Shown here in pieces: positions 52,385 to 64,000 of a stretch of 64,000 nt of DNA. Positions within the stretch are counted from its first letter, which is position 1; the number at the start of each line of letters is the position of its first letter. The position numbers and the translations under genes are program-made. Origin of the DNA: Octopus bimaculoides (taxonomy: Eukaryota); the NCBI RefSeq assembly GCF_001194135.2, contig NC_068990.1, positions 18,188,613 to 18,252,612 on the forward strand. Reading direction: 5' to 3'. A model generated the notes under the pieces. The model searched no databases. It saw only the letters and a list, made by a program, of their open reading frames with translations, and was not told where the DNA came from.

Positions 52385-52510
52385 AGGTGCAGGACCGGAT
52401 GTGTGGTAAGTAGCTTGCTAACCAACCACATGGTTCCGGGTTCAGTCCCACTGAATGGCACCTTGGGCAAGTGTCTTCTACTATAGCCTCGGGCCGACCA
52501 AAGCCTTGTG
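52385..52510 (+). mobile_element. SINE family A tRNA-like head plus CORE-like box, least diverged copy, 3' truncated
   Basis: tgtgtggtaag A-box, ggttcagtccc B-box, accttgggcaagtgtctt (52460-52477) similar to the CORE-SINE gaccttgggcaagtcactt motif. Confidence 0.92.
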
Positions 52511-53355
52511 GCACGAGTATTTGATGACTATAATCTCAGCATTTGTGTAGGTCGATCGGCAAAAGCTGAACCGTCTTCAATGGGAGACTCCATCATATGT
52601 ATATATATATATATNNNNNNNNNNNNNNNNNNNNNNNNNNNNNNNNNNNNNNNNNNNNNNNNNNNNNNNNNNNNNNNNNNNNNNNNNNNNNNNNNNNNNN
52701 NNNNNNNNNNNNNNNNNNNNNNNNNNNNNNNNNNNNNNNNNNNNNNNNNNNNNNNNNNNNNNNNNNNNNNNNNNNNNNNNNNNNNNNNNNNNNNNNNNNN
52801 NNNNNNNNNNNNNNNNCCTCGAAAAGAAAAACTCTACATTTGTATTTTGTCCCCTCTGTGTTGAGCCCTGTGTGGCTAATAAAGAAACCTATCTATCTAT
52901 CTATCTCACCGATGATGCCATTTTTAGCCTCAGGCCTGCACTGATTAAATAAACATGAAATGTATTCAAGTTATGAAGATGTGACTTGTTCGTATATTTG
53001 TGACTCCACTTCTCTGAATATTTTGTTGATACAGTAGGTGTTTGATTTTGCATAGATTTGGCTTTTATCTCTAGCAGATCGAGGAAACAATATTGAATCT
53101 ACCTTGCTGATTGTGTTGATTTTATTGTTTAAGTCCAAGTTAGCTGGGAACGAACACACCTGTAATCAATGGCAATCCCACCGTGGCCATCATATATTTA
53201 CGTGTGTAGTAGATGTACATTATAGAAGTACATTATACCTTAGTACTTCATGTTTTTATGTTAATGGACATCGTGAAGCAACTGATTAAAGAATATCTCT
53301 CTAGCTTCAATCTGAGGAATCAAATTTCGGTTTCTTGTATAAAACCACGTCAATA

Positions 53356-53697
53356 AAAATGGTTTCACATTTTGGCAAAGGGTAGGAGTAAACCGTTTGC
53401 ATAAATCAACGTGCTCGACTAGTACTTATTTTATCAATCCCGAAAGGATAAAATGCTAAGTCAACATCGGCGGTATTTGAACTGATAACGTAAAACCAGA
53501 AGAAAAGTGGCTATTCGTTTTGACCTTTACGTTAACGATCCTGCAAGCTCACCGCCTTAACCATGTCAATAAAAATGATTTCAAATTTCGGCACAAATTC
53601 AGTGGAGGGAATGGTTGATTACATCGACTCCAATCTTCAACCGGTACTTTTTTGTACCGATCTCGAAAGGATAATAGGTAAAGTTGGCATAGGCAGA
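53356..53697 (-). mobile_element. Two tandem family B SINE copies (53356-53560, 53571-53697)
   Basis: tagtacttattttatcaatcccgaaagg...atttgaact...gctcaccgcctt; gttgattacatcgactcc...accggtac...cgaaagg. Confidence 0.8.
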
Positions 53698-55014
53698 TGT
53701 ATGTATGTATGTATGTATGTATGTATGTATGTATGTATGTATGTATGTATGTATGTATGTATGTGTGTGTATGTATGTATACCCTTAATTTTTAATTCAT
53801 TAGTATTCTTCCTAGGAGTAGGAAGCTGGTTTCTAACAAGGAAACAAAAACCCCATCATTGGAATTTGGATAATACGAATAATAATTGTTAAATATCGAA
53901 CTTTAAGGACATCTTGCATATCTTTACTCTTCCGGTCACAGATTGTAAGATTTTATCTCTTTCTTTGCTCGAAAATCCTATCTTTTGCAGATAACCACTA
54001 GCTGATTTTAGAGATNNNNNNNNNNNNNNNNNNNNNNNNNNNNNNNNNNNNNNNNNNNNNNNNNNNNNNNNNNNNNNNNNNNNNNNNNNNNNNNNNNNNN
54101 NNNNNNNNNNNNNNNNNNNNNNNNNNNNNNNNNNNNNNNNNATGTATGTATGTATGTAGGTAGGTATGTATGTGTATGTATGTATGTATGTACGTATGTA
54201 TGTATGTTAGTCTGCCTGTATGCATATATGTAAGCATATTTTCTTTTGTTTTTAATCTAGAATTAATTTTGACCGGCCAACTGACTGGTAGCAAAGTTGT
54301 GAAGGAGAGCATATGCATACACGCATGTATATATGAATGTATGTTCGTGCGTATTTGTGTATGAATATATGTGCGTACGAATGTGTGCTTGCATGTACGC
54401 TCTTACGTATGTATGCATGTATGCATGTATGTATGTTTGTATGTCTCTATGTTGGTGTTTGCATGCATGTATGTGTGTGTGTATACTTGGTTGACTCTGA
54501 TTTCCGTCCTTTTCACATCGATAAAATAAATACTAGCGAAGTACAAGTGTCGATATAACAACTCTTGGATCTTCTGTGTCTTAATGGTGACCATAGTCTA
54601 ATGACTGAAAGGTGAAAAGGAATACAGAAAAGTATTCACTTACATGTTTGGATAAATACATTACTTGGAAAATTGTTAATCAGTGTGATGTTTACTCGTT
54701 CCTACTTTCTAAATGTATTATTGATTATTCTAGATCAATCACAAAGACTTTATTACACATTGGAAAAGATGGCATAGTTGATTGAAATAACCTCAGTAAC
54801 TATTCATTATAAACCTGGGAGGCTGAAAATGTAAAGTAGGTCAGGTGATATTATTTCAAAACAGAAGGTGGAGTGACGAAATTGATTTCGTTCGGCGATC
54901 TAAAGCTTTTGTTAACTAGTCTTTGGAAATCCTCAGTTACTGCTAAGTATTTCGTTATCTTTCAGCGCTGCCTTGTTTTTAACCGATTCTATTAACGTCG
55001 TTATTACCAAGAGT

Positions 55015-55225
55015 AATGTGGTGAGCTGGCAGAACCTTAAGAGCGTCTGGTAATATGATTAGGGCTATATCTTCCGGCTTTCTACGTTCTAAGTTCAGAA
55101 ACCACTGAAGTCAACTTGCCTTTCATTTACCCAAGTGTGATCAAAATAATGTAACAGTCAAATGCTGAAATCTATGTAATCGACTAAATTCCTTCTCCTA
55201 AACTTGCTGCCCAAACTTTGAAGTG
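55015..55225 (+). mobile_element. SINE family B, degenerate
   Basis: ggtgagctggcagaacc...tacgttctaagttcag...cttgcctttcat...tatgtaatcgact. Confidence 0.8.
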
Positions 55226-55699
55226 AAAACTTGCCGCCAATGTTACGAATAGCCAATGAGGTTGCCCTCACTCGGTTTTTCGTCCTACAAGTAGTTTGTT
55301 TACACTACATTGTTCTCAAATTCGACGGTCGACTTTCTTAAGAATGTAGTCGTACAAAACACAGTTGGGGTCGCAACTGGAATCTTCTTGATCATTAATC
55401 AATTTGATCAGGACCAACTTCGTGCAAAACAAGAACACGAACAACGTAAAAAAATGTATTAATCGATTATATTTACCACATCTTTAAGCAGCTTAATTTT
55501 TCATCTCTTTTAAGGGATAAAATATGCAAAGTCTCTTCAATAATATAAATGTATCTCACATGGAACCAAATCTCTTTTCGTTTCTCACGTGTGCAAACAC
55601 CAACAAATTAAAAGATGACTTATATTGTATTATAGAAGAGATGTAAACTGAACAACCAATTATCTATTTCGAATTGATAAGTAAGGCTACAGGTCAAGG

Positions 55700-55990
55700 T
55701 TATCAATGTATGTACCGTGCAAGAATTCCCGTGAAACGATTCTCTTGAATTTAATTCCGTTTTATGTTTTTACTAAACGGAAATCCGATCTTTGATAAAC
55801 TATCTTGATATTGTTTTCGATTCGATGTGACCTGTTTCCCGACCTTGAAGAAAAAGGAGTGGTGAGTCGCAGAAATAGAGTGCTGGACCGAATATATTTC
55901 AACTAGGGTGCTACCCATCATATGAAATAATTTTGAAAGCATACTATTTACACCATGGGCAATATCAAGAAATATGGCATACATACAATA
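55700..55990 (-). mobile_element. Possible LINE reverse-transcriptase remnant
   Basis: YAIFLDIA...LSKL..MG and later SNRKQ and YIDNL resemble RT motifs (xxFLDxxKAFD; YLxxRxQ; YINDL), but the PQG and YADD motifs are not recognisable. Confidence 0.3.
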
Positions 55991-57166
55991 ATTGTTATTA
56001 AATTGTTAACAAATGTTATGATACCTATATTAAAGGATGAAGTGAAAACATATTTAAAAAAAATCCCCTAACATAAAATTAAATAAGACAAATATTCATT
56101 GGTACAAATTCTCCCATAACTGCTTTGTAATTTATTGCCATTTCTCCTCACCTTTCCATGTTTCTTCCCCTCCAAAAATCCTGCACCACGTATTTTAACT
56201 CTCTTTCTATCTTCCCTCTACTGCTTCTTAGTTACGGTCCACTCATACAAAACATACATTTAATGGTGTTAGTATTGTGGTTAGTCGACTGAATATGTTT
56301 AGTATATTACTGATATGTATTTTACTAGTCCAGGAGAGACGAAACATTACTTGGAAATTATCGCAAGGTGTAAAATGAACTCAACAGAAACAACACGAAA
56401 CGACGTACGATGTTGATTATCACGATTTTAGGTCCACCATGAACTTGACTGTACGCTTTATGAAGCTCATTCGCTCTTATCCAACAGCATTTCCTAGGCG
56501 GTTAGAGCGAACAGCATCACATAAAATAACAATTCTAAATGTGTTACAATTTTTCGAACAGCAAAATCAAAAATGGTTTCATTTGAATCGTTAGTTTAAG
56601 CAATCGCAATGTTCCAACCTCAGAAACATTACTACGCAGCTGGGAAAACATGGCTCGAAGGCATTTTGTTCGGTGCGTTTCCGTTTTTAATGGTAAGAAC
56701 GCAGTTCAATCCTCTATCATCACAGTCTGATATCTTATTTACTCTTGTGACGTGATATTGTCATACCTACGTCATCCGGTTTCGTTAATGTGAAAATATT
56801 GCCCCGAAATTCTATGGTTTGTAAGAATTGATGTAATGGAACATTATCTTGGATTATCATTTTTATTTCAGTTGCTCATACAAAGACAAGTATGATTAAA
56901 TGCAACGATCTCGTGGATAGAATTGAAACGAAAAGTAAAAATCGGAAATATATTGAACAGAAGTTACATACGGTTGAATACCTGATTACTGTGTCTGCTG
57001 GGAGCGCCATCTCACCGGAAGATAGTAAACGAACTACCACGTTTTGATTCATGCTATCAGATCCATTTATTAGTGCGTGGGCTTTTGTTATCGAAAATGT
57101 GATTAAAAGCTAAATTTATGACAATATAGGAAACACAAACACATACAGGCACCATCTGCGCATGTA

Positions 57167-57305
<139 letters not shown>

Positions 57306-57997
57306 TCCTTCCTTTGATGGCAGCTCTTTTAAATTGTATGAACACCAACCTCCCATTATAGAATAATATTTCAGGATGAACGTATAATAATACATAGTAT
57401 ATATATATATATGTATTCGTTATTCAAGTTCAATGATATGCATATGATTTGTCATGTTTCAAATATGTGTCTTTCACTTGTATGTACAACATTTGCAATA
57501 TAATCGAATCTACAGAGATGAGGATTTAAATTCCAATCTATGAAAAGTTTCTGTTCGTTCTACAATATTCTTAAAGGAACGAACATTTATCCAGCAACTC
57601 GGGATAATGCGAACGAGCCTAGTATGTGTAAAAACTAACTAGCATCTCTTGTCAAAAGTACAGGCGAAAGTCAGATCGCTGATGTTCGCTGTGCACTCCG
57701 CTGTCGTTATTTGATTGCTGTTATTCTGTGCGTCTGTTGTGCAAAGATCAGTTGTGCTTTGCAGGGTTGCTTTATTTTAACCCTCAACTGGAGAAAGACA
57801 TAGTGCTAGATATAAGAAATGAGCAATATGGGGCTAGAAATAATGAAGAAAAACGTGAAATTCTTCGTGCAGGCATGTTTCTTATGCGAAATCTGTGATG
57901 AGCCCGAGTGATGTTGATGACCTGGTGTCGCCTCTGATATTCACACACGAACACACACACACACACGCACATGCACACACACACACACACGCACATG

Positions 57998-58038
<41 letters not shown>

Positions 58039-59506
58039 CTGTGTCTTGAGAGGGTCATTACACCACATGCATACATACATACATACATACATACGTACAT
58101 ACATACATACATACATACGTACACGTTTGTGAATGATTCAATATCCATTCATATCAAATGCACGATGGTGTAGTGATGGTGAAATTTGTGATACTGACGT
58201 GGATGGACCTGAAAGGGGTTCAATAGATAATTACTAAGTTTTTTTTATGAGAAACAATATTAAACATTTTTAAACGTGGTAAAGCGGTTGAAATGAATGT
58301 CTGATATCCTTTCTTCATGAGTTCTCACATCCTGATTTAAATTTCTTGCCTTCTTCAGCTTCTGTACATAGTAAATGTCAAATATACTCTGCGCCAGTTA
58401 GATCGACTATAAGTTATACTTTTTCAAGCATATTTGTGATCTTGGAAGTAATGTAAATAACCTTAAAGGCAATCTAAGAAATCAAAAATTATCGATAATG
58501 AGTCAGAGTTTAAGAAAATTAAATAAGGTTCTGCTCCTCAAGATTCTGTTGCAACCTCTGTTCCTATTTAATCTATTCCACTTACAACAATTAAGGAATG
58601 TGCCAAACAGAATGGTCATCACTATATCCTACTTTATTTTCTCTAAAGTATAAAACGTTTTGCTTCTTCCCTAAAACCAAAATTCCAAAAGAATCTCTAT
58701 TAGCTGGCTTTGGATTCGATTTGGCTTCGCATCACTCTGGGAAAAGTACATTATGCCAAAAATTCATATCGATCAAAACGTGGATGTAATTTGGTAGAAG
58801 GAAGCTGTTTGGAAAAAATCATTCAAAGGAAAAGGAAGATGTTTATCCTTGTGTGACAGACTTAATCCGTCACCCGATTTACAACAACAACAACAACAAC
58901 TACTACTACTACTACTAATACTACTACTACTACTACTGCTGCTGCTGCTACGAATATGACAACGACGACGGAAGGGTGTAAACTTATAATCTATAATCGT
59001 TCGTCGACAAAATAGTTCTTGAAAAGTTAAAAGTCAAAACCAATATGTTTTACATGTTTGTCAGACAAGTAATTTGATTTGAGACCATGGTTTGAAACTA
59101 AAGTAATTAGAGCGTGAAAGACACCCGCTAGCCATCCAAGAACACACGAAGACTTTTAACCTTACTTAAACATTCATTATTTGGTGTTAGAATTTTCTGT
59201 GTACGAACAGCGGTTCGGGCACAGAAAGGATTCTACTGAAATGTAATGGATTCGCACCAGCGACCAGTCCGCAGTTGGCGTGACGAAAATTATGACACTA
59301 AGTAATAAATGTTTAAGTGAAGTTAGTAGACATTGTGTGTTTTTGAATGACTAATTTGTGTATTCTATGCTGTAATTGTTATATCGATCGATCGATCTAT
59401 CCATCCATCCATTAGAAACCGGCTCTTTGTTGGCGAGAAATCTTGAAATAAAACTGAATAATGACATACATATATACATATATACACATATACGCACATG
59501 TTTCTA

Positions 59507-59860
59507 GGTAGTGGGTAGCGATTTTCTTCACTACTTCAGGGAGTGACTACCCTGCCTGACACGAGTCCCGGGCTCAGCTGGCTCCGGCTGACAGTACCCA
59601 GTATGGGCTCCTATCCAGGGTTACGGAAAGGAGACAACCTTTAAAGAGATCCGGAGTGGAGCCCCGTAGGCGGTTTAAGTGTTCAACTCGACACCCTTCC
59701 GGCAGCTCCTGCAACCAAGCTGGTGTCAAACGTAAAGCTCTGCACTCCTTTGGATTACGACAGCAAGGTCGAGAGAGGAATTTTGAGGATTGGGCTATCC
59801 AGGATTTTCTCGCATCTAGCCCAGGCCTGAGCAAAACTGGAGAGAAAACTGGGGAGGACA
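59507..59860 (+). mobile_element. GC-rich fragment resembling an RTE-clade LINE 5'UTR
   Basis: gggctcctatccagggttacgg...ggagtggagcccc...ccggcagctcctgcaaccaagctggtgtcaaacgta..gctctgcactcctttgga matches recalled RTE/BovB-type 5' sequence; GC content is clearly above the flanks; no downstream ORF. Confidence 0.55.
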
Positions 59861-59960
59861 TGAAATGTAAAACCCAGACTAGATTAGTTTATGCGCAACT
59901 CCATTGTCTCCCAAGACAAAAGGATGCCAACAACGACGCGCATACTTATATATTTACACA

Positions 59961-60172
59961 GGTGGAGGCGTTTGACCTAGTGGCTAGGCTGTTAGACTCA
60001 TGATTATAACATTGTGCGTTCAATTCCTGGAACGGGCGTTGTGATCTTGAGCAAATTCACTGACAAAAATGAGAAACCCTGCGACGGACTGGAGTTTCGA
60101 CTAGGGGCTGTATATATATGGCACGGAAACCGGGAAGCCGGCCTTTACGCAACTATTGGGCTCGAGAAGGAT
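59961..60172 (+). mobile_element. SINE family C
   Basis: ggaggcgtttgacctagtggctagg...gttcaattcctggaacgggcg ttgtgatcttgagcaaa...cctgcgacggactgg...ggaaaccgggaagccggcc...ggctcgagaagg. Confidence 0.85.
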
Positions 60173-60494
60173 GTTTCATTTTTATTTATATATATTTACA
60201 CGAAGTTTGACAAAATTTCAAAGCTTCCACTTACCAGCTGTAATCGAAGTGCGATTTACTCTGGTTCTTTCTGGTTTTACGAAATTTTGCATTGTGTAAC
60301 GGAAACCTCGAAGATCACTGTCAACCTTACCCATCTAAAAATGAAATGGCATGTTGTCTACCAAAAAGTATTGAGTAATCCTTCAGTTTTAAGTTAAATT
60401 GTTTATATCTATAGCTTCACATGCCAGCAAACATTAATCCACACACGTTCACATACACGTAATTTTCTGTATGTATATATATTTCTTTATGTTC

Positions 60495-60737
60495 AGGGTG
60501 CGTGGATTAATGTTTAGGGTGTTGCACACATGATCGTTTGGTCACAGTTTCGATTCCTGGACCGAGCAATACCTTGAGTTCTTGAGAAAAACACTTCATT
60601 TCACGTTACTCCAATCCACTCAAGTAGCAAAAACGAGTCATCCTGCAATGGACCGGTATCCCAATCAAGCTGGGAGGAATATATAAACCACAAAACCCAA
60701 GCAAGCGCCCTTATGAGCTAACGGCTCGGGAAGGATA
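60495..60737 (+). mobile_element. SINE family C
   Basis: gcgtggattaatgtttagggtgttgcacacatgatcg...tttcgattcctggaccg...gttcttgagaaaaacacttcatttcacgttactcca...ggctcgggaagg. Confidence 0.88.
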
Positions 60738-61334
60738 TTTCTTCTCTGTTTATATATACACACTCACTCAGTAACAAGATTTTTCCTGCTAGATCCACAA
60801 AAACGAGTATTCCAGACATCCTCCTTAAGTCCGCATTTATTTTTATTTTACATCACTGCAAGTCTTGCAAAACTACGACAGTACAACTTTCTGCTATGTA
60901 GTACGTCAAGTCTAGTTGCTGAACGTAGTTTATAGATATACTTTTAAAACTAATGAATAATTAACCATCTCAACTTTCTTATCAGTCAATGATGCAGTCG
61001 TTTTGATATTTCGTTTCTATGTATGAATTCTTAATGAAAAGATAGTTATAAGTGATGGGGGTGGGTGGGTAGGGTTGTAAATATACTTCCTTGTAGAGCT
61101 ACAATGTGCTGAGAAGTTTATTCAACATAATGTTTAGACTCTTAAAATCTTGCTGCGTGCAAGTGTTGCAGTATATATGTTGTTTACATTTATTGCTGTC
61201 TAAAATCGTATCGCAGTTTTTAGGAACGAGAATCATATGCGCAACAAAAAATATAAGCAACTATTCCCAAGTACGTAATTCCAGATTCCGTCCCACTACG
61301 TGGTATATATACATATATTTATGTGTGCGTCTTT

Positions 61335-61545
61335 GTATCTGTTTGTTCCCCCGCCACCACTTAACAACCGGTGTTGGTGTGTTTGCATGCCTGTAATGTA
61401 GCGATTCAAAAAAAAAAAAAAATACCGATAGAGTAAGTACAAGGCTTAAAAATTGTGCTACGGTCGATTCGTTCGACTAAAATTCTTCAACGCAGTGCCC
61501 CAGTATGGCCACAGTCTAATGACTGAAGCAAAACAAAAAAGAAGG
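61335..61545 (+). mobile_element. SINE family A 3' half
   Basis: acaaccggtgttggtgtgttt...ccgatagagtaagtac...ggtcgattcgttcgactaaa...gtgccccagtatggccacagtctaatgactgaa. Confidence 0.85.
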
Positions 61546-61894
61546 TAAAATGTAATTATATCCTCAATTACACTAAATTTCTTAACGCACATATTCTACC
61601 ACATATCATAATACACACTTATCCGAGGCCTGTCATATAGCAAACAACATTAAGTAACCTAATAAATATAAATTAATTTCGTCTAGTATGATACAATTTT
61701 TAATAGCCATACATCAAAGGTCAGTCAACGGGAAAATTAAACCCCATTTACAATGTATTTTCCTGAGCACAGAGATACTATGTTATTTGTTTGTAAACCT
61801 GACTTTTTTCAGGTTTATAGAAATTATATTATTTCGAGCGCGTAAAATAGCGAGAATTAAATCGATGATGCAATTATTCATTCTTTAAACAGTC

Positions 61895-62120
61895 TGAAGT
61901 ATTTGAACGTGAATATGCTAATAATTGTTGTACTTCTTCGTGGGTAGATTTGATGAAAGAGACACAATGAAGCGGACACACCAGAGAGTTAATTTCCTCT
62001 TCATTCACAAAATCGAGTGTTTTGTTAATAAAAGCGAATGTGTCGACACATTGCCTGATGGGAGAAGTTGTTCTTCGGAGGCGAAATACACCAACGATTA
62101 GCTTGTTCACGTTCAAACAT
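61895..62120. mobile_element. MITE-like element with ~40-bp imperfect terminal inverted repeats
   Basis: tttgaacgtgaatatgctaataattgttgtacttc (from 61902) vs reverse complement tttgaacgtgaacaagctaatcgttggtgtatttc (ending 62117); internal perfect 16-bp palindrome aatgtgtcgacacatt. Confidence 0.5.
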
Positions 62121-62604
62121 CCTGGGAATGATTATACACATTACTGTTTTTTTTTGGGGGGGGGGGATCTTTTTTTCTGACAGACTACTTCACTTTTCTT
62201 GAACCGACTGGATAGAAAAATAAGGTATGTGCTAAAAATAACAGCCAGTCATGTTATTAGATATACACGATTTATTTCAACAATTATTTATATCACTAAT
62301 GGAAACCCAGTTCCATTTTTTTAAACCTATCTTTTCAATAAGATGATATATACTTTCACAAAGAAGATATATGATAAAAGATTTTTAAATGACATTCAAA
62401 ATTCATTTCCATTGTTTTATCAACGCTTATTAATTCCACTAACAAAAGTGGGAGTTCGTTTTGCATTACATTTTCGATAATTGAAAAAAATAAAATAGCA
62501 CTCGAAAATAAATGTTTTGTGGAAATAGAAGGTATTGAAACTTCAGAAAAGTTATTATGTTATACAGTTGAGCTTCATAATCGTATGTACATCAGAACAT
62601 ATTT

Positions 62605-62790
62605 CTACTCTTTTACTTGTTTCGGGGATTGGACTGCGACCATGTTTCAGCACTGCCCCGTGAAGTTGGAGTAACAAACTGACCCCATTAGTTATTTAAA
62701 TCTTGTACTTATTCCATCGGAATTTTTTGACGAACTTCTAATTTACGGTGACACAAACAAACCAATATTTATTGAATGTCAAGAGGTGGA
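62605..62790 (-). mobile_element. SINE family A 3' half, degenerate
   Basis: cttttacttgtttcg...gactgcgaccatg...gtacttattccatcgg...ttacggtgacacaaacaaacca is the reverse complement of the family A 3' end. Confidence 0.75.
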
Positions 62791-63112
62791 GTTGTAGCAC
62801 ATATATAAACGCAACGGCATAACTACGCACACACATACCTACGCACACACATATACCTACGCACACACACTTTCCGTCTACCGTCTTGGTATGTTGAATA
62901 GAATTTCTCACCTTCTTTCCTGAAAATGTTAGAATAACTCTTCATTATTCTTTAATATACTCGAAATTCTCTTACTGTGTTGCTGCCTGGTGCAATTGTA
63001 AAGTTCTTTTACTCAACCATGTCATTCATAACTCATGGAAGACTCAGCATTAACAATCCTCAATCAAAATTACTTTCATTTTATAATAATAATAATAATT
63101 ATTATTATTATT

Positions 63113-63170
<58 letters not shown>

Positions 63171-64000
63171 ACTCTGCCATCAAGTTCCACAAAATATTTC
63201 ATCATCACCACCATACTTATTTGTATGAAATTATCCGTCGCTATTCATCCCTCATAACTACCAAACAAGAGGTATCGCTAACTTGAATTTTGAAACGCCC
63301 TTTTCGATGTCAAATTTTTAAAAGATCATTAAAATCTCAACTTCTGCTGAACCAATCTCTTTTATAAACTTTATTTTATAGACCTACAGTATTTATAACA
63401 TTTGTAATATTTTATATTTTTAGACATAAAGAGATTTACTTTTTATATACGTTTTTGACCACCTTGCTTGCATGCAAAGGATGTTTCTTTTTTTTTCATA
63501 ATTATTGACCTATTTAATTTTTATGATTTGACCTCCTACCAACTTACTGAAATCAGCCAGGCTGCCAAAGGACTTAATCCGACTTTTTATGCAATTTCTG
63601 AAAATAATATTTTTGTAAAAATATTCGATGTAAATTGGATCGATAAATTTATTTATTATTTATTATTACGTTTCAGCTCCGTTAGATCTAATTGAGTGCA
63701 TGTATGATCAAAACAATCCTATCTTGACTGACCCGTATTTTCGTGGTATCTAGGGCTACATTATAAATGGTATATCTTTCCATTATGGGTATGATTATGA
63801 TGAGATTTGACTGCTATTTCTAACGAACTGTGTGAACTGAGGGAACACGATATTATTTGAATATATTCCGAGAAGAAACGATAAGGTACTGGCTTAAATG
63901 CGTTATTGTATTTAATTTCACTCCTCTTCAATCTAATTTTACATAGTACCTGGGTCAACTTGTCTTCAAGTGATATATTTACCAGTTCTTAATATATTTA

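Noticed and set aside
52385-52450. tRNA gene (also considered for other SINE heads)
   Set aside because: A and B boxes are present but no complete cloverleaf, and the sequence runs straight into a SINE body.
58490-58860. Possible LINE RT remnant (PQDSVA/PLFLFNLF)
   Set aside because: A single weak motif that needs a frameshift, with no other RT motifs.
60244-60377. 44-codon Cys-containing frame resembling a signal peptide plus small peptide
   Set aside because: No Met, no convincing splice sites, and short enough to arise by chance.

Overview
AT-rich, repeat-dense eukaryotic draft scaffold with 10 N-gaps (3685-4007, 5071-5902, 16445-17135, 30073-30494, 37846-38139, 43138-43331, 45701-45839, 51871-51880, 52615-52816, 54016-54140). 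The SINE families and microsatellite load look like an octopus (coleoid cephalopod) genome; this is inferred from recalled repeat sequences, not from a search. I found no supportable intact host gene, rRNA, tRNA gene or CRISPR array, and almost every ORF in the track is a microsatellite or N-gap artefact. The window holds about 35 SINE copies or fragments from three tRNA-headed families (my labels A, B, C), a 1.7-kb decayed Penelope-like RT (21624-23330), two Tc1-type transposase relics (one with DD36E spacing), a mariner fragment, several LINE remnants, MITE-like elements and tandem repeats. The most notable signal is a set of minimal type I hammerhead ribozyme (HHR) motifs from several different small repeat families. 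They include a near-perfect HHR at 4209-4298 and a ~534-bp palindrome (30511-31044) with one HHR in each arm. These suggest non-autonomous, fold-back, HHR-bearing retroelements (Penelope pLTR- or retrozyme-like). Boundaries of degenerate repeats are approximate (about +/-10-20 bp).
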